Part shown: positions 21,401 to 36,400 of the stretch, one piece after another | Numbering within the stretch: the first letter of the stretch is position 1 | Layout of the letters: each line of letters starts with the position of its first letter | Translations under genes and position numbers: made by a program | Assembly: GCA_044892525.1 (NCBI GenBank) | Contig: CM097885.1 | Coordinates: forward strand, 49,538,001 to 49,602,000 | DNA from: Schmidtea polychroa | Lineage: Eukaryota | Length of the DNA: 64,000 nucleotides | Direction of reading: 5' to 3' | The notes under the pieces: generated by a model | Databases searched by the model: none | The model's input: the letters and a program-made list of their open reading frames with translations, nothing else | Told to the model about the DNA's origin: nothing

Positions 21401-24400
21401 ACACGTTTTTTTGTTATTTGGATCGGTGTTTCGCGTTGGTGCCGATACCGATTAATTGGTTTGGTCAAAATCCGGCAGAAACCGATTTCCGGATCAAAGG
21501 TTGGCTATGCCCTAGCATCTGGTAGGAATTGCTCATGATATCAACCTTAAAGTGAGATTAAGTCGGCAACAAGTTGAACAAATATACTGTTTTAATGTTG
21601 TCTTTATAACGGTCGCCTTAAATAGAAAACTTGATTTATTCCTTATCTTTTTAATTGTTATCTTCTTGAACGTGACTTTTGAAAGTAAATCACTTATATA
21701 TCATTCATTCACGCATTCATGATAATCACAATAATAATGCTTGAAGAAAAGCTATTAAAAATAGAAAAATGTGAATTCTTACAATTTGATGCAACACACA
21801 AATTTTAAGACTAAATTAAATTTGATAAAATTTTGATTTTAAAGAACTTAATTTTGTTTTAATTGTCAAATATTGCTCTTTTTCTGAAGTCAATTTAAAA
21901 TTTCATATTTCTTTAAATTGTCTATTTGTATTCATCAATTTTATTTATCAGTGACATTTGAGATTTGAATAAAAAACTTTTATTTTAATTAATAATAAAT
22001 TTTTGATTATAGTGATTAAATTAGATAATTCCTTTAAGACAACTTATTTTATATTTGAGGATTTATGCAGCTTATTTTAGAAATTTATGATTACATCAGA
22101 TAATATTTTCAATTTTTTATTAAAAACCAAATATATATTATGAAGCCATGAAATTTAGCTTTATACATATTTTTGGAAAATATTAATTTCTGCAAAACTC
22201 TAATTGATGAAATTGAGTGTATTGAGCGAATGTAATTTATTTATTTATTTGCACTGCAATTGGATAATAAATTATAATAATAAATTGTTGCATATCAATC
22301 AGAAACAATAACTAAGCAAGACATAAATTACTCTATTAAGAGAAAGGAATCTTTTTTACCGTTTATCATTTCATTAAGTATTTTAAGCACTACTTATATG
22401 GAAAATTAATTAACTAAATATTTTATGATAAATTCCAACACCAATTTTTACAGCCAAGTCCTTTTAAATTATGGAAAGCGAGTTATCAAATAAGAATTGG
22501 ATTTCATGTAGTCAATGTCAAACTAATCATGAAATTCCAAATAAAACTAATAAAACGAAAGCATTTGTGTTAAAAAAGTAAATCAAGAAAATAAGTCAAA
22601 TAATGAAGATATGATTGATAGCATTCTTAAAGGTTTGCGCCATACAGCATAGAAGTGAGAAAGGTTTATGAATTTGCTTAAAGAAATACAAATATGAACA
22701 TCGGTGAAAATGAAGAAAAGAAGGTGATTAAAACTATGAAGAATGTCTGAAACAGAATTGTAGATATTTCTATGGGATTTCTAAGAAAATAATATATAGG
22801 AAAATATATAGAAACAATATATTTCAGATATCATTGATCTGTCAATTATTAATGTATTGTTAGCTGCTAAATAAAAGAGAACAAAGATTTTAATAGGAAA
22901 TTGGATGGTGAAAATAGGTGACTCTAAACTCATTCCTTCAGATAGGGGTTTGAAACAATCTAGTCCCAACTTCTTTTTAAATTATTTACAATTGCTTATT
23001 TAAGCCAATTCGATCACAGATGGGATGTAATTAGAACTATACATACATTAAAATTTAGAAGTTTTGAGGTTTATTATATATGGAGTCTTAATTTCCAAAT
23101 ATTTGAATTTAGGATTCTCATGGCAGACATATTCTACTTTCCTAATAATCACAAACCTTATTTTTTTCGGGGCCTATTGAATCTATATAATGTTATAGAA
23201 ATATTTTATATTAAAATTTTAAGATTTTTTAGGTATCAAAATTGTAAAATATTATAATATATAATTAATAATATATAATAAGTAATATATAATTAATTAT
23301 AATATATAATTAATTAAAATTTATAATAAAAAATAGAATTTTTTCCGATGTAAAAAAATTTTAATTCTATATTGTGTAATAACTGCAACATACAATGAAA
23401 ATTATAAAATTGTAGGAATTGTAATGAAATTACAATTTATGTCATTGCAAAACTTTCAAAAAAAAAAACTTTCAAGAGGAGAAAGTCTTAAAAATTGGAA
23501 GAGAAATTTTGCAGATAAATTGAATGCATGAGCAATTTCTATTTCAACAAAATAAATAATAAAATCCTAAATTATCTTAATACAATCAACACGAAGTTGG
23601 CATGACTATTCTTCATATAATACAAAAACCCATTTTGCAGCACCAGGTGGCACTGGCCAAAATAAAAGTTTGTTATTAGCATTCAGTGACTTCTTTGTTA
23701 ATAAACCTTTTTATTAATACTATCGGCATTTATGGGTTAATTATATGTTTAGGAAATGAAAATCATGAAAGTTTACAAAGATTTTTCGGGAAAATCAGTG
23801 AAAAGCTTAGACTATTATTTGCACACAATATCTTTTTGTGTTCCAATAAATCAATGACGGCTTTTACCATCTGAAGGTTACATACTATGAAAGGAAAATA
23901 ATTAATTTTTATTAATTATTCAATAAATAACCCAATTGTAATTAATATATTTCTGATCAACTTTCTCATAATCATCGATTAATATAATACACATTATTTC
24001 CCAACTCGTAAACATTTTTTGGGGGAAATATTATAAGCATAAATTAACATTTCCCTGATAAGTTTACAACACTCTTGAGACATACTGAGAGACATAAATA
24101 TATGTATATAAACAATGAAATTAATAGAATATATTTCTGCTTATAATTACAATAATAAATATTTATTAATGAACAATGAAAATGAGAAATTTCCGAAAAC
24201 GTAAGTATTAAAAATAAAAATATTTATTTACAGTAGAAATATAAAATTTTATAACATTTAGATTATTTATCGATATGTCAACAGAAAATTAAAACATTGG
24301 TGAATGATGTTAAATTTCAGAGGGGAATTCTGATTGCAATTCTTATCAATACTCTTAGCATGGGTANNNNNNNNNNNNNNNNNNNNNNNNNNNNNNNNNN

Positions 24401-27400
24401 NNNNNNNNNNNNNNNNNNNNNNNNNNNNNNNNNNNNNNNNNNNNNNNNNNNNNNNNNNNNNNNNNNNNNNNNNNNNNNNNNNNNNNNNNNNNNNNNNNNN
24501 NNNNNNNNNNNNNNNNNNNNNNNNNNNNNNNNNNNNNNNNNNNNNNNNNNNNNNNNNNNNNNNNNNNNNNNNNNNNNNNNNNNNNNNNNNNNNNNNNNNN
24601 NNNNNNNNGATAATATATAAAAAAATAAAAAATATAATAAATTTAAAAAAAAATAATAGTTACGTTAATATAGAATATTTTAGAAAATATACTTTCAAAA
24701 GATAGGATTTAACAATCAAAATTGACACATTTATTGAAATATTGAAATAGCGTATATAAATGGTTATTGGAGGCTTTATTTTGAAATATTTTGAAATATT
24801 TTATTAGGCTTCTAGAAGCTAATTATTGAAAATTTTAAAAATTTATAGGTTTTTGTTTTTGTCATTTTGAATTTTAAATGAAATTTATTTTATTTTAATT
24901 TTAATTTTAAGTAAAGTTTTTAAAAAAATTCCAGAAAAAGAAAGTATATCATTATATTATATTATATTTATATCCAATGAGAATTAAGAAAAAGGAAATA
25001 AAAGAAAGATAGAAATGTATTTTCGGGAAGGAGAATTCTAAATTCCAGGAGATTGACAATTAAATACATTGTTTGCAGCAAAAGGCTTAAATTATCACTT
25101 GATTAAATAATAAATGCTACCAAGNNNNNNNNNNNNNNNNNNNNNNNNNNNNNNNNNNNNNNNNNNNNNNNNNNNNNNNNNNNNNNNNNNNNNNNNNNNN
25201 NNNNNNNNNNNNNNNNNNNNNNNNNNNNNNNNNNNNNNNNNNNNNNNNNNNNNNNNNNNNNNNNNNNNAATTATCTAAATTAATTTCAAATTATTTTTAG
25301 CCAGTTCAGCTGACGCAAACATTGGAATTCAGCAATATTGTTTTTAGTATCTTATTTCTTATCGAAATGATTTTAAAACTGATAGGCGAAGGCATTCTTG
25401 GATACATCAAAAATGGTTTCAATTTATTCGATGGAATTATTGTCGTTTTGGGGTAATTCATTTCGGTTTTGTTTGAAATTGATAATTAACTGACCAATAA
25501 ATTTGCTGCTGAAACAAAAAATGAACAATAAAATTTTTAAAATTTTTAAATTGTAACTTTATTTCCAAAAATTTAAATAAATTATTTGTTTAAATATGTG
25601 GTAGAAATATTTATTTATTTATATGTTCTAAAATTTAACTAATAAAAGTTTCAATTGAAATTAATTCGAATCATGAGGTTTTTTTGGTTTCATTTGACAT
25701 TTTGTTTTTTATCTTGATAAATAAACAATTCAAATTATTCAATCTATTTGTATTCGGTTTGTAAACAAAACTTTATCAATAAATTTGCTGTTGTTAGATA
25801 TCGAAATTCTGCATAAAATTTCAGTCATATTACCATGTTTCAATTTTCACTAATAACTTGTATTAACTTTTAGAAAAAACATTTTTCTTTTCATTATACT
25901 TTATAACAAGTATCAGTTTTTCATCCCTTTATACAATACTTGACACTTCTAATCTAATATACAATTCTAACGTTATTTATTATAGCTTCATCAATAAAAA
26001 CAATATTTTACTGTTCTTTTACAATTTCGACATAAAAAATCGAATAGCCCAAATCACTTACTGTAGCTGCCGCGAATTTTTTATACCAAACCTACTTTAT
26101 GTGGTATGCTGACGATTCATCAAAGGACGTTTGGTCAAGTGGACTGTTCGTCAAGAGGACAATTGGTTTAAAAAATTATTTAAAAAATTAAACATTTACA
26201 GTAAAAATTTTAATATCGTGAATTTAATATGAGACAAATGTGCAATAGGGCGAAGATATAGTAGTACATTTGCTCTTCCATATCTTTCAACAGCACATCT
26301 AACTTTTCCGATTAAGTCACGATATTTCATAGTAAATTGTGAATGACATGCATGGCCGAGCTAAAAGAGTGCTGCTCTGTATAAGATATTCATTGTATAT
26401 TGCGATCTTAATATCTATAACAATAACATTTATGATCAACTGTCCACTTGACCAATCGTCCTTTGACCAATCGTCCTTTGACCAATCGTCCTTTGACCAA
26501 TCGTCCTAGATTCACTTTATGTATGTATACCTATATCAATCATCACGAATCAGAGGACACACTCTAAATTTATTCATATATTTTACAACGTATAGCAAAA
26601 TATATATATATATATATCGTTTAGCACAATTTAGTGTGCCAATAAAATTATTATTTCCATATAATGATTCCAATACTTTTCCAGTTATAACTGCATTTAT
26701 AAATAAATAATATGCAGATATTATTCATGGGCAACATAAATTTTGCAAATAATTGTGTAAATAATTTGAAACTGATTTTTGTTGTTTTGTTTTCTTTCCA
26801 ACGCCGAATTTGGTGCTATTATAAAATCTGATTGTTTCAGGTATGACTTTAAAACTTTCTTCAATTTTTATGAATTTATGCTTTGAGCTTATTCGAATCA
26901 CGTTTTTATATGGCTTACTTTTATGAACTATAAATTTACAATAATTTCATTTATGGAATTTTATTGAGAGGCGTAGCAGATTCGCTAGGATTGTTATCAA
27001 TAAAAAGAAGACTAAATTTTAATTCCTAATTCTCTCATACAGACTTTATTGTGATCCTTAATATTGGACACTCCCTTCGGTCGACAGTGTTCTTGAACTC
27101 GAGTACAGAGATGACGGGAAGTCTCTCCAATGTATGTGGCATAACACCCATCTCTGTACTCGAGTTCAATAAATTGTAATTGTTCTGATTAATAACATTT
27201 TTGATATTGTTTGATTTATTCAAGGCACGCTTGGAATTGGATTAAGAGTTATTAATGTATTATTTCACCAACAAAACCTTAGTTGACTTTATGGTAAAAC
27301 AATAAATATTTTAGTCAAATTACGAATTCTACTTTCCACGAAAGATTTCTTTTCAATGAAGTTTTAAATAAAATAATTTTCTTCTCCACTTTTAAATTCT

Positions 27401-30400
27401 TTTCTATTAAAATGAAGTGAATTTGTCATTCATTTCTAATAATAAATTTGATCATTTTGATGAAATATTTGAAAATAATTTTGAAAGAATACATTCGGTA
27501 GTTTAAATTATTACGAGTTCCAGTTATTAAGANNNNNNNNNNNNNNNNNNNNNNNNNNNNNNNNNNNNNNNNNNNNNNNNNNNNNNNNNNNNNNNNNNNN
27601 NNNNNNNNNNNNNNNNNNNNNNNNNNNNNNNNNNNNNNNNNNNNNNNNNNNNNNNNNNNNNNNNNNNNNNNNNNNNNNNNNNNNNNNNNNNNNNNNNNNN
27701 NNNNNNNNNNNNNNNNNNNNNNTACAAATTATTAATTATAATAAATTACCATAAAATAAATTCCCCATTGTAAGTTACAAATTGACTTACTATGGAAGAA
27801 CTACAATATAAAAAAGGAATATCAATCAAAAAGAATATTAATGTTAAAAGAAAAAATTGGAATATCTGGAAATTACGTATAATTGAAGTTATACGCAAAT
27901 CTTATTGAAAATGATTTTTTATGTTTTTCCAATTTTAAACAATGAATAAATATTGTATTGTTATTATTGTTATTTTGTTGTATCTAAATTAATTTTAATA
28001 TATCAACGACAAAACGGCTGTCCTGGCGCAAATTTTAAAGGAATTTAGATTTAAACAAATTTCTTAATCACATAATTAACAATATAAATATAACACAACT
28101 GACCTAATATTAACTATGACAATAATATTAAAAAAAATTAATTATTATGACTATTTCTGGTTTTTCTGCTCTCTCGGTAAAAATAAAAATAATAATTTAT
28201 CAAATGAAGTTTGCAAGGAAAGGTTTATTAATTTATTTAAAAATGCTTTGTTCTTTTTGTTATATACTGAATGATCTACAGGGTTGATTCCATGCTGTTT
28301 GTCAGATTATATTGAGATTTAAACAAAAATATTTTCATTTGTTTTATTGCTAATAGAATATTTACAGAAAATTTTCAATAGAAATCTTTTAATCTTATTA
28401 CTGAAGCAGAAAACTAATTTATTTTTGTTTATTATTTTTCTATTGAAATATATAACAATTTTATATGAAGTTTTACTTGTTGATTTTCAAATTATTTTTA
28501 TAGATATTTATTTTTCAACAGCAATGATTTTACAGTTTTAGAATTTAAAAATAACAACTATTATTTTAAATCTTTGAATAAATTACACAGTTCGGCAGTA
28601 AAGATAATTTAATATCAAAAATTGGATTTAGGAAATACAAATACAAAATAAGACTTAACGCAAAATAAAAATATAAATTTTTATTTTTTAAACACAAATG
28701 AATCCGCTGGACGTAAAATAGATATTCAAATTAAATTTTGTAGTCGTTATAAATATAATTCGTGTTTATACGTATTGTACGTCATTTTCAAATTCAATTT
28801 GCTATAAACAGCAAAATGCATACACTACTCAAAACATACGGCATATACCTTTGTGGGATTTACGGGAATGTTTAATGAAACCAATATAAAACACATTCAG
28901 ATTTATTCCTAGGCATCTAAATTGGAATAAGCATACACAATTTTATTCTTTATATTTACTTTCTATAAATTCAACAGCAAAAATATTACGTGAATGTGGT
29001 TTATAAATTATCAGCTTATAAGAGATTTAATTTTTAAAAATATTTACATTTTCCAATTTTCAAATTACAAACCTATGAAATGCCATTCGTGATGTCTAAA
29101 AAAATTAATCAAATTAATTCAGAAATTGATGCTACTAAATAATGGAAATTATTAAAATTAATTTCAGAAAAAAATCAAAATTAAAAATGATGTTGTGAAT
29201 TAATTTTATGAAATAAAAACACTTTAGATTAAATAACAGTGATTTCTGTCTTTTAATATAAATGATAAACTGTTGCAGACTCGATAAAAACTAAAAATGA
29301 TCTAACGAAATAAGCAATAGTTAATATAAGTGTTTCTCATCATTATGCTCTATGTCCCCAACAATAGAGTTTAAAAGTCAAATTGTGCCAGTTTTTGAAT
29401 TAATTAATAAATTATTGTACAAGCCCTTACTTAAAAATTTCAATTTTGCTTATAGATCTTGGTTAGAACTACCAAGTTAAGAAATTGTTTCTATTGTAAT
29501 ATACATAAAATACGACGTATATATTTGAGAAAAATTTATGAATTATCAAATTTTAAAAATCCAATAATTTCAAAATTGCCCCAACGAAAAGTCAAATTGG
29601 CCCAACTGGGCCCTTGGATCCCAGATGAGAAGTACTGGTCTATATTATCAGAAATATTCAAACTTGAAATTTCATTAGCAATTACAAGTACGAAATTATT
29701 TATTTCAAAATATAAATAAATGAAACACATAAACACAACACACTAAATTCATATAATAAAAGAACCAATAAAATACAACCTCTGTAAAAAATACATTTGA
29801 TTTTTATAGTTGACTTTTATAAAAATGAATTTAAAAACTATTTAGTAAGTCCTATATAAAATAGATTATAACATCGTTTAAATATTTTTACTGTTTATTC
29901 AATAAATTTAAAAAATAAAAGATATACATTATTTTTAAATAATTTAAACCAGGGATGGCAAATAGGTTTTTATCAAAGTGCCAAAATAAACTAAATTTAA
30001 ATTCAATTTTTTTCGCGTGCCCTCGTAACTTTTATTTGTTATATGTACCTATATATACATTTTTTATTCATTTTTTTATTCACAAGAAAACAGAAATAAA
30101 TTTCAATATTTGAGTTCATGTGATAATATTTATTCAATATAAAGAAATAGTAAAAAAAATTATAAAGTTTAATAATAAATTTAATAAAAAATTCTTAAAT
30201 TTTGTTAGAAGTTTTTTGCTTCATATTACTTGCAAGGTTTTTAATATCAGGATGGTATGTTGTCGATTGTAAGGTAATACAAGCTGCTGAGTCTTCTTCT
30301 GTTAATCTGTTTCTTGTCTTTGATAGTACATGATTAAGTACAGAAAAAAGACTCTCACAGTAATAAGTGGATGCGAAAATGGTTAACATTGCGATTGCTA

Positions 30401-33400
30401 ATTTTTTTACAGAAGCAAATGCTTCTGGCATACTATTCCACACTTCCAATATCAAGTTTTCAATGCGGCATTCCGACTCTCCATCCTGTGACAATCGATG
30501 ATATTCCAATTCTTCTATATTTTTTCGCATATTCACAAATTTTTGTGTCCAAATAGGATTAGATTGCAAATCTACTGTCTGCATTTCTAAATTTTCTAAT
30601 TTCATCCAATTAATAAGGTTGTTATCGAAATCCTGTATATCGAATAAGTCCGGATAATTTACAATTTTCAACAGCCTATCAATTCTTTTAAAATCTTTAA
30701 ATCGATTTGAAAATTGTTCTTTTATAGTTTCAAGAACTTTAGAAAATTCGTAATTAAAATTCCAATTAGTTTTGTTGAAAATTGTAGATTCATTTAAAAA
30801 ACTTTTAAGTTTCGGAAAATTATTATGTTTTCCAGATGCGATATCTCTAGCAAAAATATCTAATTTAATTTCAAACCCCTTTATCAATCCAAACATAACT
30901 TCAATTGTTTTTCCTCGTCCTTGCAATTTTTTATTAAGAACGTTTAAATGTAATGTTACGTCGGTAAAAAACATTAATTTTGTTAACCATTCTGTATCAT
31001 ATAATTCTTTAAAACGATCCCTGTCGAATTCGTGTCAAAAAAGTCGAATTTCTTCCAAGCAATTCACAAATCGTTCTAAGGATGTCGCTCGACTTAGCCA
31101 ACGTACACTATTGCACATTAAGAGAGTATCGTATTCGCAATCCATATCATTTAAAAGTTTTTTAAATTGTCTTTTATGCATGTCGCGTGCAACTACAAAA
31201 TTTATGATTTTATTAACTTGTTCTGATATTTCTTTGAAATCGCTAGTTCCGAATTTTGCACAAAGAACTTGCTGATGAATAATGCAATGAAAGCCTATTA
31301 TTGGATGACCAACTAGGTTTTGAAATAAATTAACAAAACCTATCTCTGGTCCAGTCATATTAGGAGCTCCATCTGTCGTTACAGAAATGATTTTTTTAAT
31401 ATTTATTTTAAGTTTGTTTAATTCATTGAATACAACTTCACAAATATCACTACCTCTTGTTCTTTCTGGGATATTTGCTAATTTTAAAAGTTCTTCGTGC
31501 ATTTCATTATCTTTCGGATAACGTGCAATGATTGCTAATCGGGCAGATGACTTAATATCTGTTGATTCATCGAGGCAAATTGAAATGTAGTCACAGCTAT
31601 TAACATCGTTGTAAAGTTGATCAGAAATATTCGCACTTATTTTTAAAATTCTATCTTTAACTGAATTTCGGCTTAGCTGGACTTCTCAAATTCTTTGAAT
31701 AATCTTTTCTTTATTATTAAAATCTTGAAACAAACTTTCGGCCGCTTTTAACATAACCGTTTTTACAAACTCTCCATCAGAAAATGGTTTTGATTGCTTA
31801 GCAATCAAATAAGAAATTTCAAAACTAGCTTCTGTAACATTGCTGTTGGTTTTTACAAATTTTGATAATGAATTCGATTGATTTTCAGCTATCTTTAATC
31901 GTTGAGAAATTAGTTCTTTTCTTTCTTCAATATTTTTTTCGGCAATTTCTTTATGGTTGGTTTCAAAATGTCGCTTAATAGAAGACGTTCGACATACAAT
32001 AATTTCAGAGCACAGACCGCACCGACTTTTATCTCCATGTTTAACAAAACCGTAATCAGCAGTCCAAGAGAGTACAAAGCTACGAATATCTTGTAGTTTT
32101 GGTTTTTTTGGTACCATTTTAATTCAGCAAAAAATAAATTTTATTTAAAATTAAACACAAATTTTATTGAACTGCACAAGTTAAAACAAAACTAAAAACT
32201 GATGTAAGAATATACAAGAATTATAACACAACCATATACGTATGTACAAAATAACCGTTATTTTGGCAAATAGGTTTTTATCAAAGTGCCAAAATAAACT
32301 AAATTTAATAATTAATTGCGTTATTTAATAACGCAAAGCCAACTAGAGAAAAAAATATAGAATTCAATTCAAAGCCGTTGATTAAAATTTTGGGTCCAAA
32401 TTTTTTTTTAAAAAGCAGTAATTATTTTATAATAAGAATTTTTTCTACTTCTTTATTTGAATTTCATAGAGTGCCAGAAGTTTTTTGTCTGCGTGCCAAG
32501 TTTGGCACGCGTGCCAAGTTTGGCACGCGTGCCATGTAATTGCCATCCCTGATTTAAACCCTACATAAATAAAAAGAATAATTAAAAATTCCAAAATTTG
32601 ATACAAAAATGGTAAAAAAATATCAACAAAAAAATTAAACAGTGTGTGCAATCAAGTTTAGGTAGTGAATTTTTTAATAAAACTTTAAAAAATGAAATAA
32701 TATTTTATTATACACTATAACACTCCAGATAACTAAAATTTTTTTTTATGCTTTTCCATATTTTTTTTTGTTTCGCCCTTTTTATAGTATTTAGATTTAA
32801 AATTAGTCTTTTTCAAACATATCGAATAATTTATGAAAAGATAATTAAATAAAAGTGGCAAAGATTTGGTAACGTCATTTAGAAATATTTCTTTACAATA
32901 TATTTCGACAGATTAACTGTTTTCGAAAATATTCCTAGATTTTTTTAATTCATTGGTTAATTTTTTATGATTTTAGATTTTATTTGTTTTTATTAGCTTT
33001 CATTTTGATTGTTTTTTATCTAAAATCATATTAAACTGACATTGTAAAAATAAAAAAATATATTTTTTTCCAATTTTACCACTGATTTTTTTTCATTGAA
33101 TTTATTAAAAAGAGAGCTTGAAGTAATATATCGATACTATCAGTAATATATATCAGTAATATATCGATTCAACTATTTTTTAATTAAATTGAAATATTAA
33201 ATTTATTTTACATTTAATTATGGTTGAAATTATTTTACTGAAATTTCATTTCAAACTGTGCTACTGTCATATTAGCTTATCATATATGTGTAACTTGTAA
33301 TTGAAAATCGAGACTCCACGGCTTTGACGGGAGCCACTTTTATCTCGTATCGTTTTCAAATTTGTCAATTAGAAATTTGATTTGTTTTCACTAAAACATT

Positions 33401-36400
33401 TTATTTATTTCAGAGAAAACTTTATAAATTTCTTTATATGATAATAACAAATTAAATATGAATAGAGCAACAAATTAAAGTAGAAGTTATATATCAGTAA
33501 AATCTTATATCTTTTTCATTATTCATTTTTTTCAAATTTTGTTTATTTACATCTTTTTGAAGGTTATATGTCAATTTAAAAGAGAGTATAGTTAAATAAT
33601 CTCATGAAGTTTTTTTAAATTTTCTAAATATAGTTTCAATTTGGATAAAAAAACCAGATTTGAGACTGATATAAATTAACTATAATAATTGAAACTTCTA
33701 TTAAATAAAATAACGGAAAATTTTGTATTTTAATAAATTCATATCAACAAGCTTGGTCTCATTCTTAATAACTCACATAAATGTCATTACTTTTGACGCC
33801 AGACAAATTAGCAGGAAATAATTTTATTTAACTTTTGAATTATATGACATTTTATATATTTTATATATTATATATCAGGGATGGCAATTACATGGCACGC
33901 GTGCCAAACTTGGCACGCAGACAAAAAACTTCTGGCACTCTAAGAAATTCAAATAAAGAAGTAGAAAAAATTCTTATTATAAAATAATTACTGCTTTTTA
34001 AAAAAAAATTTGGACCCAAAATTTTAATCAACGGCTTTGAATTGAATTCTATATTTTTTTCTCTAGTTGGCTTTGCGTTATTAAATAACGCAATTAATTA
34101 TTAAATTTAGTTTATTTTGGCACTTTGATAAAAACCTATTTGCCAAAATAACGGTTATTTTGTACATACGTATATGGTTGTGTTATAATTCTTGTATATT
34201 CTTACATCAGTTTTTAGTTTTGTTTTAACTTGTGCAGTTCAATAAAATTTGTGTTTAATTTTAAATAAAATTTATTTTTTGCTGAATTAAAATGGTACCA
34301 AAAAAACCAAAACTACAAGATATTCGTAGCTTTGTACTCTCTTGGACTGCTGATTACGGTTTTGTTAAACATGGAGATAAAAGTCGGTGCGGTCTGTGCT
34401 CTGAAATTATTGTATGTCGAACGTCTTCTATTAAGCGACATTTTGAAACCAACCATAAAGAAATTGCCGAAAAAAATATTGAAGAAAGAAAAGAACTAAT
34501 TTCTCAACGATTAAAGATAGCTGAAAATCAATCGAATTCATTATCAAAATTTGTAAAAACCAACAGCAATGTTACAGAAGCTAGTTTTGAAATTTCTTAT
34601 TTGATTGCTAAGCAATCAAAACCATTTTCTGATGGAGAGTTTGTAAAAACGGTTATGTTAAAAGCGGCCGAAAGTTTGTTTCAAGATTTTAATAATAAAG
34701 AAAAGATTATTCAAAGAATTTGAGAAGTCCAGCTAAGCCGAAATTCAGTTAAAGATAGAATTTTAAAAATAAGTGCGAATATTTCTGATCAACTTTACAA
34801 CGATGTTAATAGCTGTGACTACATTTCAATTTGCCTCGATGAATCAACAGATATTAAGTCATCTGCCCGATTAGCAATCATTGCACGTTATCCGAAAGAT
34901 AATGAAATGCACGAAGAACTTTTAAAATTAGCAAATATCCCAGAAAGAACAAGAGGTAGTGATATTTGTGAAGTTGTATTCAATGAATTAAACAAACTTA
35001 AAATAAATATTAAAAAAATCATTTCTGTAACGACAGATGGAGCTCCTAATATGACTGGACCAGAGATAGGTTTTGTTAATTTATTTCAAAACCTAGTTGG
35101 TCATCCAATAATAGGCTTTCATTGCATTATTCATCAGCAAGTTCTTTGTGAAAAAATTCGGAACTAGCGATTTCAAAGAAATATCAGAACAAGTTAATAA
35201 AATCATAAATTTTGTAGTTGCACGCGACATGCATAAAAGACAATTTAAAAAACTTTTAAATGATATGGATTGCGAATACGATACTCTCTTAATGTGCAAT
35301 AGTGTACGTTGGCTAAGTCGAGCGACATCCTTAGAACGATTTGTGAATTGCTTGGAAGAAATTCGACTTTTTTGACACGAATTCGACAGGGATCGTTTTA
35401 AAGAATTATATGATACAGAATGGTTAACAAAATTAATGTTTTTTACCGACGTAACATTACATTTAAACGTTCTTAATAAAAAATTGCAAGGACGAGGAAA
35501 ATCAATTGAAGTTATGTTTGGATTGATAAAGGGGTTTGAAATTAAATTAGATATTTTTGCTAGAGATATCGCATCTGGAAAACATAATAATTTTCCGAAA
35601 CTTAAAAGTTTTTTAAATGAATCTACAATTTTCAACAAAACTAATTGGAATTTTAATTACGAATTTTCTAAAGTTCTTGAAACTATAAAAGAACAATTTT
35701 CAAATCGATTTAAAGATTTTAAAAGAATTGATAGGCTGTTGAAAATTGTAAATTATCCGGACTTATTCGATATACAGGATTTCGATAACAACCTTATTAA
35801 TTGGATGAAATTAGAAAATTTAGAAATGCAGACAGTAGATTTGCAATCTAATCCTATTTGGACACAAAAATTTGTGAATATGCGAAAAAATATAGAAGAA
35901 TTGGAATATCATCGATTGTCACAGGATGGAGAGTCGGAATGCCGCATTGAAAACTTGATATTGGAAGTGTGGAATAGTATGCCAGAAGCATTTGCTTCTG
36001 TAAAAAAATTAGCAATCGCAATGTTAACCATTTTCGCATCCACTTATTACTGTGAGAGTCTTTTTTCTGTACTTAATCATGTACTATCAAAGACAAGAAA
36101 CAGATTAACAGAAGAAGACTCAGCAGCTTGTATTACCTTACAATCGACAACATACCATCCTGATATTAAAAACCTTGCAAGTAATATGAAGCAAAAAACT
36201 TCTAACAAAATTTAAGAATTTTTTATTAAATTTATTATTAAACTTTATAATTTTTTTTACTATTTCTTTATATTGAATAAATATTATCACATGAACTCAA
36301 ATATTGAAATTTATTTCTGTTTTCTTGTGAATAAAAAAACGAATAAAAAAATGAATAAAAAATGTATATATAGGTACATATAACAAATAAAAGTTACGAG

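Noticed and set aside
22400-22720. Possible retroelement integrase zinc-finger remnant
   Set aside because: Only a CSQCQ-like patch amid stops; too weak to call.
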